NCBI GenBank assembly: GCA_964504535.1
Contig: CAZDED010000007.1
Coordinates: 12,353-76,352 of the forward strand
Direction: 5' to 3'
Source of the DNA: an uncultured Gammaproteobacteria bacterium
GTDB lineage: Bacteria; Patescibacteriota; Microgenomatia; Levybacterales; GWA1-39-11
Length of the DNA: 64,000 nucleotides
Made by a program: the position numbers and the translations under genes. Shown piece by piece: positions 8,391 through 17,967 of the stretch (positions within the stretch are counted from its first letter, which is position 1; each line of letters starts with the position of its first letter). The notes beneath the pieces were generated by a model. That model made no database searches. It was not told the DNA's origin and was given only the letters and a program-made list of their open reading frames with translations.

Positions 8391-9281
8391 ATGCGGCTTC
8401 ACAAACTTGCGTCAAAAAAGTTAAAAAGCTTTCCAGTAATTGTGGTTTTTGGATTGTTTTTTATTCTTCTTATTGGTCAGGTATTTAGTGCTACTCTTTT
8501 TCCTCAGTTCTCCCAATCCAAATCATCGGTAGTCACTGCTACTGTCGGAACGTATCATCTATCAGTAACTGGATACCAATCTCCCTATGCGTCTATCATT
8601 TTAAAAACGCAAAACGGAATATTTTTAGCATCTACAACTGCTGATGCAAATGGGTATTTTTCTATATCAAACATATTGATTAATAGTTCAGTTTTGACAT
8701 ATTGTTTCCAAGCAGTCGATTTCAAAAGAATCGGAGAATCAGAAGCCTGCATTACTCTTGATGGCCCTATCAACTCTGATATCACCAGAACTGATATTTT
8801 TCTTCCGCCAACCATCGGCCTTTCCAAAAAACAGATAAACGCAGGACAAGACGCTATTATTTATGGGTACTCCATGCCGGGCGCAACCGTATACCTATAT
8901 ATAGAAGGAGAAGTGGTTACCCTAACCGCCGATATTACAGGATTTTATACTTACACCTATAAAAATGTCCCCGAGGGAGTATTTCGAATAACCACATCAG
9001 CGGAACTCAATGATAAAAAATCATTGGATCCTACCAATGAGGTTGTTCTTGAGTCCTTGTCTGTCGGCCAACAAATAACAAATACGGGTAAAAAAACCAT
9101 TGAGAAAGTCAAAAAAGCTGTGCCTTTTAATCTCCTCCCGTTCCTACTGATTGCATTAGGGTTTCTCGTAGCAATAGGCTTCTTACTCTATAAGCTGAAA
9201 CTGAGAATTTGGGTAATTTTTATAGACTTTTTGAGGCATCGAAAAAAGATGCACCACGACTGGTTCTTAGATAGATGGTAA
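8391..9281 (+). CDS. surface protein with two carboxypeptidase-regulatory-like domains and a C-terminal TM anchor
   Basis: Signal/TM N-terminus, two TADANGYFSI / TADITGFYTY motifs typical of the CarboxypepD_reg fold, then a C-terminal hydrophobic segment (LLPFLLIALGFLVAIGFLLY) followed by basic residues. Confidence 0.5.
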   Translation: MRLHKLASKKLKSFPVIVVFGLFFILLIGQVFSATLFPQFSQSKSSVVTATVGTYHLSVTGYQSPYASIILKTQNGIFLASTTADANGYFSISNILINSSVLTYCFQAVDFKRIGESEACITLDGPINSDITRTDIFLPPTIGLSKKQINAGQDAIIYGYSMPGATVYLYIEGEVVTLTADITGFYTYTYKNVPEGVFRITTSAELNDKKSLDPTNEVVLESLSVGQQITNTGKKTIEKVKKAVPFNLLPFLLIALGFLVAIGFLLYKLKLRIWVIFIDFLRHRKKMHHDWFLDRW

Positions 9282-9343
9282 ACCTGCTTGTTGACATAGT
9301 CAAACTATTCTGTTTTTAATAGTAATGTACGTATTATATCAAT

Positions 9344-10807
9344 ATGGACTTATTGTATTCGTTTAGCTTCAAAAGAGGGCTTCTTGTTCTTTGTGTTTTG
9401 CTGTTTTTCTTCACGATAACCACCAAACAAACTCATGCACTCTCATTCTCTTCAGCAAGTGCTACTCTCACAACCTCACGTCCATCAGCTGCAAGCCCAT
9501 TCAGCTCTGTTGGAGCTGTTAATGATAGCGTTCTAAATATTTTCAACAATGGCTCTCGATTTTTGGCTTCAGATTCAGCCAAAGTCGTACGGGCAACCGG
9601 TACTTCTAATACTGGTCTCAATGTTGCCTCACAGTCAGCCGATCTTCTCAAAGTATTTCTGACAAATGGACTTTCAACGCTTGCCGGTGCGGGAGCTGAT
9701 ATACTTGTTGTTCCTGTTACAGCTATGCATCAAGTTGGTTTTACCCCAAATTCGCCAATACCAAGTGGAGGAAAAATAATAATTTCGTATCCTGGAACAT
9801 TCCAAAATACTGCATCCCCTTCAGCAACAACATTTTCATTCAACAATCTTGTATCTGGCAATGTTAAATGTTTTCCGACAACTGCTTGTAGCGGCTCCAT
9901 CACTATCTCATCCAGTGGTATTCCAACTATTACCTTAGTCACGGGCGCTATACAACCTGCAGGTACTGTTATAACAGTATTTATCGGTTGCTCTGCAATT
10001 ACTGGATCAGCATGTACTACGCAGGTTCCAACTCTTATAAATCCTACAAAGACAAATTCCACTGCCGCTGGCGCTGATATTTGGAGAATAGGAGTGGCTT
10101 CAACAGATGCAAGCAACAATCCAATTGATAATTCAACTATCGCTATCGGTACGATAGAATCAGTAACCGTCCGTGCCACTATTGACCCAAGTCTCACATT
10201 TATCATTAGTGGTGTTACAGATGGACAAGCAGTCAACACTGGAAACACCACTGGATGCCTACAAGTTGAAACAACAAATACTGGTATAACTTCAACTGCC
10301 ACTGATGTTGGACTTGGAAGTCTTGCAAGCGTACCATCAGCAGGTACAAAACTTAACAATATTGCAGCACAACTTTTGGATGTCAGGACTAATGGAGCAA
10401 ATGGATACTCTATTACTGCAACTTCATCAGGGCCTCTTTCAAACCCTTCAACTGGTTTTTCAGTCAATAGTAGCACCACACCGTTGGTTTTCCCTTCAAC
10501 AGGCCATTTCTTTGGAATGCATCCCTGTGGCGCAGATGTAGATAGAATAAATTGGATTCAGGGTTCTACTTCACAACTTTGCAACACATATGTTCCAGGT
10601 GCAAATCCTGTCTGTAAATACGCATGGCCTAATACTGCCCCTATGCTCGTTGCTCAAAGATCAGCTGGTCCAATTGGTACTGGTGCATCATGTGCATCGG
10701 GTGGCTGCGGACTCACTTCAGTATCCTATGCTGCTACACAAGATGTCTCTCTTCCCCCTGGAATCTATCAATCAGTTATCACGTACGTAGCAACGCCGTC
10801 TTTTTAG
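9344..10807 (+). CDS. secreted WxL-like domain protein (Tyr variant), paralogue A
   Basis: 487 aa with an N-terminal signal peptide. A mid-domain GANGYSITATSSG motif and the C-terminal PPGIYQSVITYVATPSF are positionally equivalent to the two WxL motifs of Firmicutes WxL domains, with Y in place of W. Paralogous to 12001-13458 and 27319-28122. Confidence 0.55.
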   Translation: MDLLYSFSFKRGLLVLCVLLFFFTITTKQTHALSFSSASATLTTSRPSAASPFSSVGAVNDSVLNIFNNGSRFLASDSAKVVRATGTSNTGLNVASQSADLLKVFLTNGLSTLAGAGADILVVPVTAMHQVGFTPNSPIPSGGKIIISYPGTFQNTASPSATTFSFNNLVSGNVKCFPTTACSGSITISSSGIPTITLVTGAIQPAGTVITVFIGCSAITGSACTTQVPTLINPTKTNSTAAGADIWRIGVASTDASNNPIDNSTIAIGTIESVTVRATIDPSLTFIISGVTDGQAVNTGNTTGCLQVETTNTGITSTATDVGLGSLASVPSAGTKLNNIAAQLLDVRTNGANGYSITATSSGPLSNPSTGFSVNSSTTPLVFPSTGHFFGMHPCGADVDRINWIQGSTSQLCNTYVPGANPVCKYAWPNTAPMLVAQRSAGPIGTGASCASGGCGLTSVSYAATQDVSLPPGIYQSVITYVATPSF

Positions 10808-10907
10808 TTATTAGTTATTAGGAATAGGACTAGTTACTAAAAAGGGCTGGACAAGAAGAATTAAATACGTATAAACTAAGAACTATTCCTGATAACTAAT
10901 AACTAAC

Positions 10908-11906
10908 ATGTCTACTGCTCGAAAGTGTAAAACAAAATATTTAGCAAAGTCTGCAATTATTTATACTGCGATAAGTGCGGGGCTTATTTTGAGCGTAAAA
11001 ATGATTTTTGCGCAAGAAGCAGTCAGGACCATCACTATCGTCCCACCAGCGAATGAATTTAAAGTAGATCCCGGAGACAAAACAGAAGGAACTCTTAAAG
11101 TTGTTAATGGTGGTACTACTCCACTCACATTTAAAGCCCAGGTAAAAGATTTTGTCGTTGAAGACTCAGTTGGAACCCCACATATTCTTGCAGATGACGT
11201 GCTTTCTCAGAAATATTCAGCTGCCAACTGGGTGGCAATTTCTCCAGATACCTTTACTATTCCTGCGGGACAGACACAAAAAATCAATTTTTACCTACAA
11301 GTACCACAAAATGCACGACCGGGAGGTCACTATGCTGCAATAGTTTATGAACCTCAAGAAGTTTTGGGAGTACAAGGAACAGGAACAGGTGTTGAAACTC
11401 ACGTTGGAACTCTTTTTTATGTCAGGGTCAATGGGGATATAGTCGAAAATGCAACCGTTAAGAAATTTCAACCAGCTCAAAAGATTACTGAATATGGGCC
11501 TGTTACCATCGATACGCAAATTGTTAACTACAGTGATTCCCATATCAGACCTCTTGGTACCGTCTCAATAAAAAATCTTTTTGGACAAGTAGTTGCTACA
11601 CAGACACTTGAAGAACACAATATCTTCCCTGAAGCAACCCGTGACTTTACCAATACTATCGGTAAAAAGTTGATGTTTGGTCCATATACCGCAGAGTTTA
11701 AGGCAACATATGGTACGGCAAACAACCTCACTCTTTTTGCAAGTGCCTCATTTTTTGTTTTCCCATGGAAAATCGTAGCTGTAGTCGTACTTGCCATCGT
11801 AGTCGCGGTTCTTCTTTTCATCTATTTCAGAAAGAAGAAAAAGCAAAACAAGGTAAATCCTATCCAACCTAACGCTCCACAAATGCCTCCAACACCACAG
11901 GTTTAG
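10908..11906 (+). CDS. DUF916/DUF3324-like cell-surface protein with C-terminal membrane anchor
   Basis: 332 aa. Signal peptide, beta-rich ectodomain (PGGHYAAIVYEPQE, SIKNLFGQVVA), then a C-terminal TM (WKIVAVVVLAIVVAVLLFIYF) and a basic tail RKKKKQNK. Homologous to 28592-29584. Confidence 0.55.
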   Translation: MSTARKCKTKYLAKSAIIYTAISAGLILSVKMIFAQEAVRTITIVPPANEFKVDPGDKTEGTLKVVNGGTTPLTFKAQVKDFVVEDSVGTPHILADDVLSQKYSAANWVAISPDTFTIPAGQTQKINFYLQVPQNARPGGHYAAIVYEPQEVLGVQGTGTGVETHVGTLFYVRVNGDIVENATVKKFQPAQKITEYGPVTIDTQIVNYSDSHIRPLGTVSIKNLFGQVVATQTLEEHNIFPEATRDFTNTIGKKLMFGPYTAEFKATYGTANNLTLFASASFFVFPWKIVAVVVLAIVVAVLLFIYFRKKKKQNKVNPIQPNAPQMPPTPQV

Positions 11907-12000
11907 TATTGCTTGATCAATCTCAAATTACTCCTAATCCTGACAACTAGTAACTAATTTCATTGACAAATAGAACCGATATTGTCTTAAATGGTATAGG

Positions 12001-13458
12001 ATGAAATTTTCGGCAAAAATTATTTTTGTCTTTATTTTATGTGGTTTTTATCTTGCCACAGGAACCGCTTATGCCGATGACTTATCAAATGCAAGCGTAA
12101 CCCTCTCAACCTCACGACCCTCGGCTTCAAGTCCATTATCCGCAGCCGCCACTTCCTCAGACGGAATAATTTCGGTATTCAATAATGGATCCCGATATTT
12201 AGCTTCTGATTCAGCACGGATTATTCAAGGATCAAGTGGTCTTCAAATAGTTGGGGGGCTTCCGGTAGCTTCCCAGTCAGCGTCGCTAACAAGCGTCTAT
12301 CTAGGTTCAAGTGTGGGAGTCGCAGCAGGTGCTGGATCTGACATATTGCAAGTACCAATAACAGCAATGCACACGGTTACCTTTACAACGATAAGTTCGG
12401 TACCCAATGGAGGGAAAATAATAATTACCTACCCAGGCTCGGGCAATAATTCCGCTTCTCCTTCTGCTACAACATTTGCTTTTAACGGTCTTCCAAATTC
12501 AACTGCAGCGGTTAAAGCAGCCAACGCTACCGATTGTAACGCTGTGACCGTGAGTGCACCAACAATTACCTGCACGACAAGCGCAATCATCCCAGCGGCG
12601 ACTCAGGTGACAATTTTTATCGGATGCACAGCTGTTAGTGGATCATGTACTACTCAAGCTCCTTATTTGATAAATCCAACAAAAAGCAATCAATCAGCCG
12701 GAACAGCTGATTCTTGGAGAATTCAAGTAAGCACTGCAGATGGCTCCAATAATGTTATTGATTCGCGTACTCTTGCTGTTGGCACAATTGAATCGGTTAC
12801 TGTCCGTGCAAACGTCGACCCATCCCTCACTTTTACCATTGCGGGTATTAATAATGGTGTTGCGGTCAATACGAATAATACGACGGGGTGCCTGCAGACA
12901 GAGCTAACAAGTACTGGTATAAATGCAACTGCAACAGATGTTAATATGGGCACGCTAGCTAACTCACCAAGTGCTACCAATACAACTGTAAGTAATATTT
13001 CTGCCCAATTACTAACAGTGACTACAAATGGAGCTACAGGATATGTGGTGACAGCGACATCGTCTGGACACCTGAGAAATCCTTCTACGGGATTTTTCCT
13101 GACGGATGCAGCTACCCCACAAGCTTTCCCAGCCTCAGGAGCAAATTTCTATGGATTTCATGCCTGTGGCCTTGATACGTATAGCGCTGGAATAGGTACT
13201 ACCTTCTGGAATTCAAGTGCCTCAGATACTAATTGCAATACTTATATAACAGGTTCCTCGGGAAATATTTGTAAATATGGATGGCCTACAACTTCTACGC
13301 CAATTAATATTGCTTCTGACACAACGGGACCAATAGGAAATGCTGTTGTTGCGGGAAGCGGCTTAACCTCAGTGAGCTATGCAGCTGGTGCTGATCCAGC
13401 AGTACCTCCGGGACAATACACGACTGTTGTGACTTACGTAGCAACTCCTTCATTCTAG
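12001..13458 (+). CDS. secreted WxL-like domain protein (Tyr variant), paralogue B
   Basis: 485 aa with a signal peptide. GATGYVVTATSSG and the C-terminal PPGQYTTVVTYVATPSF match paralogue A. The N-terminal motif LSTSRPSASSPLS...VFNNGSRYLASDSA is also shared with A. Confidence 0.55.
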   Translation: MKFSAKIIFVFILCGFYLATGTAYADDLSNASVTLSTSRPSASSPLSAAATSSDGIISVFNNGSRYLASDSARIIQGSSGLQIVGGLPVASQSASLTSVYLGSSVGVAAGAGSDILQVPITAMHTVTFTTISSVPNGGKIIITYPGSGNNSASPSATTFAFNGLPNSTAAVKAANATDCNAVTVSAPTITCTTSAIIPAATQVTIFIGCTAVSGSCTTQAPYLINPTKSNQSAGTADSWRIQVSTADGSNNVIDSRTLAVGTIESVTVRANVDPSLTFTIAGINNGVAVNTNNTTGCLQTELTSTGINATATDVNMGTLANSPSATNTTVSNISAQLLTVTTNGATGYVVTATSSGHLRNPSTGFFLTDAATPQAFPASGANFYGFHACGLDTYSAGIGTTFWNSSASDTNCNTYITGSSGNICKYGWPTTSTPINIASDTTGPIGNAVVAGSGLTSVSYAAGADPAVPPGQYTTVVTYVATPSF

Positions 13459-13499
13459 TTGTCAGTTGTCAGGAACACGAATAGTTAATGAGATTGTAA

Positions 13500-15203
13500 C
13501 TAGTTTGCCAGAGATGGTTGTTCTAACTCTTCCTTCTTATGAATAGGAATCGTAAAAAACACAGATGTGCCTTTCCCTATTTCTGAATGCAACCATATCT
13601 TACCCTCATGCTCGGAAAGAATAGCACGGGAGATGTACAACCCAAGCCCTGTCCCTTTTTCGCGTCTGGCGAAAGTAACCTGTGAGAATGGCTTAAAAAG
13701 ACTATCTATTTTATCGCGCTCAATACCTGCTCCTCTATCTTTGACCTCAACCTCAACGTACCCACTCCGTAACCGTGAAAAAACTTCAATGAGCGTGTGT
13801 GGCTCACTATATTTTATGGAATTTGACAATAAATTTGCCATTACCTGGCCTATTCTAATGGGGTCGAAATAGAAATTAGGTATGTTATCGTCTAAATGAT
13901 TTTCTATCAAAATAGACCTATCCTCGATTGCGTAGGACAATTCTTCAGTTGATTTACGGATCACGTCATTAATGTTTGATGGAATCATTGTAACCAGGGG
14001 TTTTCCAGCGTCAATCTTGGCGCTATCAAGCATGTCATCGATATCGATTAGTAGTCGTTCTGATGCATTTTTGATGATGAGCTTCATTTTTGTACGATCC
14101 TCTTCTTGAGTCTCAGCGCTCAATAATAATTCAGCAGCTCCTTTAATAGCAGTAAGGGGTGCTCTGAGCTCATGTATCATCATGTTCGTAAATCCTTCAC
14201 GTATCTTTTGCGTCTCATGCTCACGGGTTATATCCTGCATAGTAAGTGCCACACCGATGATCTTATCGCTTTCATACGAAAATACCGGAGTAACATAAAT
14301 ATTAAATTTGAGGTCAGTAACGGCAACATTTCTATAGATTGTACTCTTCTTTAAAATAATAACCTCTTTCATTTCAGAAATTATATTTGGCTTTAGGCTA
14401 AAACTTGAAAGAACTTTCAAAAGATCAGGATTGTCTTCCTTTATCCTGAGGAATCTAAGTGCAGCATGATTAATAGTAAACAAGTGTAATGACCCATTCT
14501 CAAGGGTAAAAAATATCTCTCCCGTTGACAAACTTTTTACCAAAGACTCTACTTTCCCTTTCTCTGTCTCAATAACATCCTCGAGACGACCAATAGCAAG
14601 CTGTGCTTTATTTACAATTTTATATAACATACTCATATCTTCTTCCTGGTAAGCATGAGGGATTTTTGAGGTTATTGTTATGATTCCTGTAAAGCGGTTA
14701 TTAAGAACAAGCGGAATATTAAAATAACTTGCTGGCATTGCATCGATTTGTACTGATGCATCAACTAACAGTTCTGCTTGAGGATTGATGTGGGATCCGG
14801 TTGATTTCTCAATAACGGGAAGCTCCTTAAACTCTGAGTCAATATTATAAAGTCCTTGAAGTATTATTTCTTTCACTCCATGGATGTATGAAGGACCAAT
14901 ATTTTCGTGTGTAACAGTCGTCAAGTCTAAATGGTCAGGTTCAATTATGGCATACGACACAGAACTTACTTGAAATATTTTCTCGGCTGTTGCGGCAATA
15001 GTTGAAGCAATATCTTTTGAACTTAGTGAGTATCCTATTTTTTCCGATAATTCTGCAAGAATAGTTAATTCAAAAAGTTTTCTTGCACTTTCTTTATGCT
15101 CTTTTTTATATGTTTCCTTGGTATTTTTTAGCTCAAAATAGAGATAAATGGTTGTTAAAAACAAAATCAAAAAACCAAACATGAAAAATGACTGTAGCAG
15201 CAT
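13500..15203 (-). CDS. sensor histidine kinase (TM, GAF/PAS-like sensor, HisKA, HATPase_c)
   Basis: 567 aa. N-terminal TM, H-box MIHELRAPLTAIKGAAELL, and ATPase motifs (NLLSNSIKYS, DRGAGI, GTGLGLYISR). Confidence 0.85.
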   Translation of the reverse strand: MLLQSFFMFGFLILFLTTIYLYFELKNTKETYKKEHKESARKLFELTILAELSEKIGYSLSSKDIASTIAATAEKIFQVSSVSYAIIEPDHLDLTTVTHENIGPSYIHGVKEIILQGLYNIDSEFKELPVIEKSTGSHINPQAELLVDASVQIDAMPASYFNIPLVLNNRFTGIITITSKIPHAYQEEDMSMLYKIVNKAQLAIGRLEDVIETEKGKVESLVKSLSTGEIFFTLENGSLHLFTINHAALRFLRIKEDNPDLLKVLSSFSLKPNIISEMKEVIILKKSTIYRNVAVTDLKFNIYVTPVFSYESDKIIGVALTMQDITREHETQKIREGFTNMMIHELRAPLTAIKGAAELLLSAETQEEDRTKMKLIIKNASERLLIDIDDMLDSAKIDAGKPLVTMIPSNINDVIRKSTEELSYAIEDRSILIENHLDDNIPNFYFDPIRIGQVMANLLSNSIKYSEPHTLIEVFSRLRSGYVEVEVKDRGAGIERDKIDSLFKPFSQVTFARREKGTGLGLYISRAILSEHEGKIWLHSEIGKGTSVFFTIPIHKKEELEQPSLAN

Positions 15204-15365
15204 ACCTTAAGTATAATAATCCAATAACCCAATAATCAAATGTCAAATTATTTAATTTATCTTGATATTGGATTATTTTTAATTTGTATATTAGATTATT
15301 TGTATATTGAATCCCCGGGCTTTCGCCCGGGGACGGTGGTGCTCTTTCGAGCATGTTCTCGCAGG

Positions 15366-15668
15366 TCATGCGTGGCCGGTACTAAGATGCTGCCAGCTCA
15401 GATCTTGAGGTGGATCCGATACGATCTCTGTTCCCTCTTCCAAGAGGTTATCAGCTACTCTTGCAAGCAGCTGAAGGGTTCGGCGCCTAGAACTAGGAGC
15501 CGCCTTGATGAGCACTTTGGCATACTCACAAACGGCGTCTGCGAGGGCGTCACCCGCGGAGATCTCCTCCCACTCATTTCCACTTGCAATGGCGGCAGCT
15601 ACCGCTGCCTTATCCAGCGCAAGCAATTCTTTGGTGTAATTTGACCGCCAGTCATGAGGCATGATCAT
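15366..15668 (-). CDS. hypothetical protein in high-GC island 3
   Basis: 100-aa ORF with GC-rich codons and an Ala/Leu-rich, helical-looking sequence. No motif recognised. Confidence 0.3.
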   Translation of the reverse strand: MIMPHDWRSNYTKELLALDKAAVAAAIASGNEWEEISAGDALADAVCEYAKVLIKAAPSSRRRTLQLLARVADNLLEEGTEIVSDPPQDLSWQHLSTGHA

Positions 15669-15703
15669 CTCCCTTGCTGGTTTACCAGCTTGTTTGTACC
15701 CGC

Positions 15704-16144
15704 CTACGCGGTTGGGCTTTGCTCATCCGGCCGGAGGGCGCTGAGGCATTCCTGGACGGTGACCTCTCGAAGTCTCTTTCCGCACTTCTTGAGAAGTTCG
15801 ACCTGGAACTGCTGGATCCAAAGGCACGGGATCTGCTCTAGGTCCCTCGTGATTACTTCTCCCAGTCCGACCTGGAGCACATGAAAGCCTTGTGCCCGCA
15901 GAAAGCGGAGTTCCGGGCAATTGTTTGCCAGGCGGGGATCTCCTACCTTTTTGTCGGCAGGAAGGCTCCTGAGCCAGGTCACGAATTCCTCGTCAGTTTC
16001 CATGACCCTGGTGATCTCTTCAACTTCAGACATTACTACTCTCCTTGAGTTGTGTACTCGTGATGTGCGTGCCCCACCGCTTGTAAACGGTGTGGCTTGA
16101 CCTGCGTTGTTAATGTGCTGTTGGAACAGCACCTTCATACGCAT
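15704..16144 (-). CDS. hypothetical protein in high-GC island 3 (start uncertain; internal MSEVEEITRV... gives about 109 aa)
   Basis: ORF in GC-rich DNA between two perfect GC palindromes (15311-15330 and 16147-16164). Confidence 0.3.
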   Translation of the reverse strand: MRMKVLFQQHINNAGQATPFTSGGARTSRVHNSRRVVMSEVEEITRVMETDEEFVTWLRSLPADKKVGDPRLANNCPELRFLRAQGFHVLQVGLGEVITRDLEQIPCLWIQQFQVELLKKCGKRLREVTVQECLSALRPDEQSPTA

Positions 16145-16307
16145 GCTGCCGCCAGCTGGCGGCGCGGATTGGAACTGTTCTAACGTTGGGATAATTATAT
16201 ACCTTAGGAAGACTCAAATCAAATTACTCTAGGATACGCTTAATGGAGAATGGCTGATGGTTAAGGACTAATATCTAAACTATTGTCTATTGTCTAGTGT
16301 CTTTTGT

Positions 16308-16649
16308 CTACTTAGTCAAGTTCTCTAATTTGTCAATTGTTCTTTTACTTCCAATTACAATGATATACATACCAATAACAAAGCACGACCCTTTTATCAG
16401 AAAAATAACGACAGAATAGACATTGCTATAGCTGATCTGAAAATATGAATTGACTGCATCAATTATGATGCCAAGTGCAAGAAAAAGAACCCCGGTACCA
16501 ATAGTCTTAAATCCATGAGCAAGAATACCTGATCCGAATTTCTTTGTGACCTGATACATGATTACTGCAGCAGCAATAGCAGCAAAGGCAGCAATGAATG
16601 AAATGCCATTAACTATAATGGTCAAAAATTGTACGCTATTAAATTCCAT
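16308..16649 (-). CDS. small integral membrane protein (3 TM)
   Basis: 113 aa, hydrophobic, AT-rich codon usage like the host genome. Confidence 0.4.
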   Translation of the reverse strand: MEFNSVQFLTIIVNGISFIAAFAAIAAAVIMYQVTKKFGSGILAHGFKTIGTGVLFLALGIIIDAVNSYFQISYSNVYSVVIFLIKGSCFVIGMYIIVIGSKRTIDKLENLTK

Positions 16650-16754
16650 ACATATTCATTTTAGACATAAAAAGTTCGGAATGTAAATGATAAAAAGTAT
16701 GTAGTATGTTGTATGTTGTATATAGCCTCAAATATAGCACAATACAAACCACTA

Positions 16755-17384
16755 TTAAGCCCCTGCTTGCGGTGATCCTGGGGTTTCTGTGCTCAAAGGT
16801 GCTTTGGAAAGCTCCTCAAGTGCTTTGTTGAGATCCTGCATCTCTTCTGCAGAGAAATTTGTGGAAGCTTCAGGTGCCTTATCACTCTTTTTTGGATCTA
16901 TAGCAAGGCTATCAAGGTTCATATCCGCCATAGACGGAGGTTCTGATGGAGCAGCTGAGGCGCCACTCAAAGGGCTCTCTTCAGAGGAATTTACTGTTAT
17001 ATCTGTAGTAATTGGGCTATCAGGAGAAGGTGGATTGACCGGTGTACTCGTCTGGGTAGTCTCAACAGGAGTTGTTGCTGTTGATGCTTGAACCCCAGCA
17101 CTCATTGATGAGGCCATAGCCATCATTCCAGGATATGAAGTTAGAATAGATTCCATAGTCTTTTTGACGATCATGCCTGAAAGCTCGACAAACTGGTTTA
17201 TAAGTCCCTGCAATAATTTCTGTGGGTCCCCCTCAATTTTTTGCACGTCACCATTTATATCTACCGTAATGCCGATGACATTTTTTACTTTAGCAAGGGT
17301 AATGTCAGGACCCAAAACAAGCATTTGCTTTTTAATTAATTGGGAGAAAAGGGTTTTATAATCAGTATCTGAGGCAGGTTGCAT
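16755..17384 (-). CDS. hypothetical protein with a disordered Ser/Thr/Pro-rich C-terminal half
   Basis: 209 aa, immediately downstream of the response regulator on the same strand (likely co-transcribed). Confidence 0.45.
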   Translation of the reverse strand: MQPASDTDYKTLFSQLIKKQMLVLGPDITLAKVKNVIGITVDINGDVQKIEGDPQKLLQGLINQFVELSGMIVKKTMESILTSYPGMMAMASSMSAGVQASTATTPVETTQTSTPVNPPSPDSPITTDITVNSSEESPLSGASAAPSEPPSMADMNLDSLAIDPKKSDKAPEASTNFSAEEMQDLNKALEELSKAPLSTETPGSPQAGA

Positions 17385-17413
17385 AATAGTTATTAGTTAA
17401 TAGTCATTAGTTA

Positions 17414-17791
17414 TTAGTTTCTATGTACATTCTCTAAGATGCTTTTTACTTTCTTAAGTAAATCTTCATGTGATATCTGATACTTCAAAATATAATCAAT
17501 TGCTCCTCTATTGAGCGCTTCCTTTACTAATTCGTCATGAGAAAAATTAGTAAGCATGGCAACTGGTATACCTTTTATAGCCTCGTCTTCCTTTAAAGCC
17601 CTCAGAACATCATTTCCACTCATATCAGGCATCATTTGATCCAAAAGTATAAGATCAAATTTTTCCGACTTTGCAGAGGCCAACGCTCCTTGACCGTTAT
17701 TGGCTATAGTTACCTCATACCCTCCCTGCTTCAAAACAGTCTCAAATACTGTAGCAGTATCAAGCTCGTCATCAACAAGAAGAATTTTCAT
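17414..17791 (-). CDS. single-domain response regulator (REC only, CheY-like)
   Basis: 125 aa. ILLVDDE, the phospho-acceptor LILLDQMMPDMSG, and the conserved Lys region; no output domain. Confidence 0.85.
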   Translation of the reverse strand: MKILLVDDELDTATVFETVLKQGGYEVTIANNGQGALASAKSEKFDLILLDQMMPDMSGNDVLRALKEDEAIKGIPVAMLTNFSHDELVKEALNRGAIDYILKYQISHEDLLKKVKSILENVHRN

Positions 17792-17967
17792 ATTCTAGTT
17801 TTTAGTTGTCAGGAATAGGAATAGTTAAATTTTGATAACTGCTCCTCATTCTAATAACTAGTACCTATTTTAGGTTACCCGCTATCCACAAAAAATGCAA
17901 GAGGCTTGAATTAATAATTACCCTATAATATTGATCTTTGAGGTAAAATGATGTAAAATAGGGCCCT

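Noticed and set aside
9730-10479. 249-aa antisense ORF inside the WxL-like gene, and similar antisense ORFs inside the giant gene (for example 32674-32979, 33358-33870, 35926-36369)
   Set aside because: They lie inside long, well-supported sense-strand genes. Low-complexity Gly/Thr/Ser coding regions generate open antisense frames.
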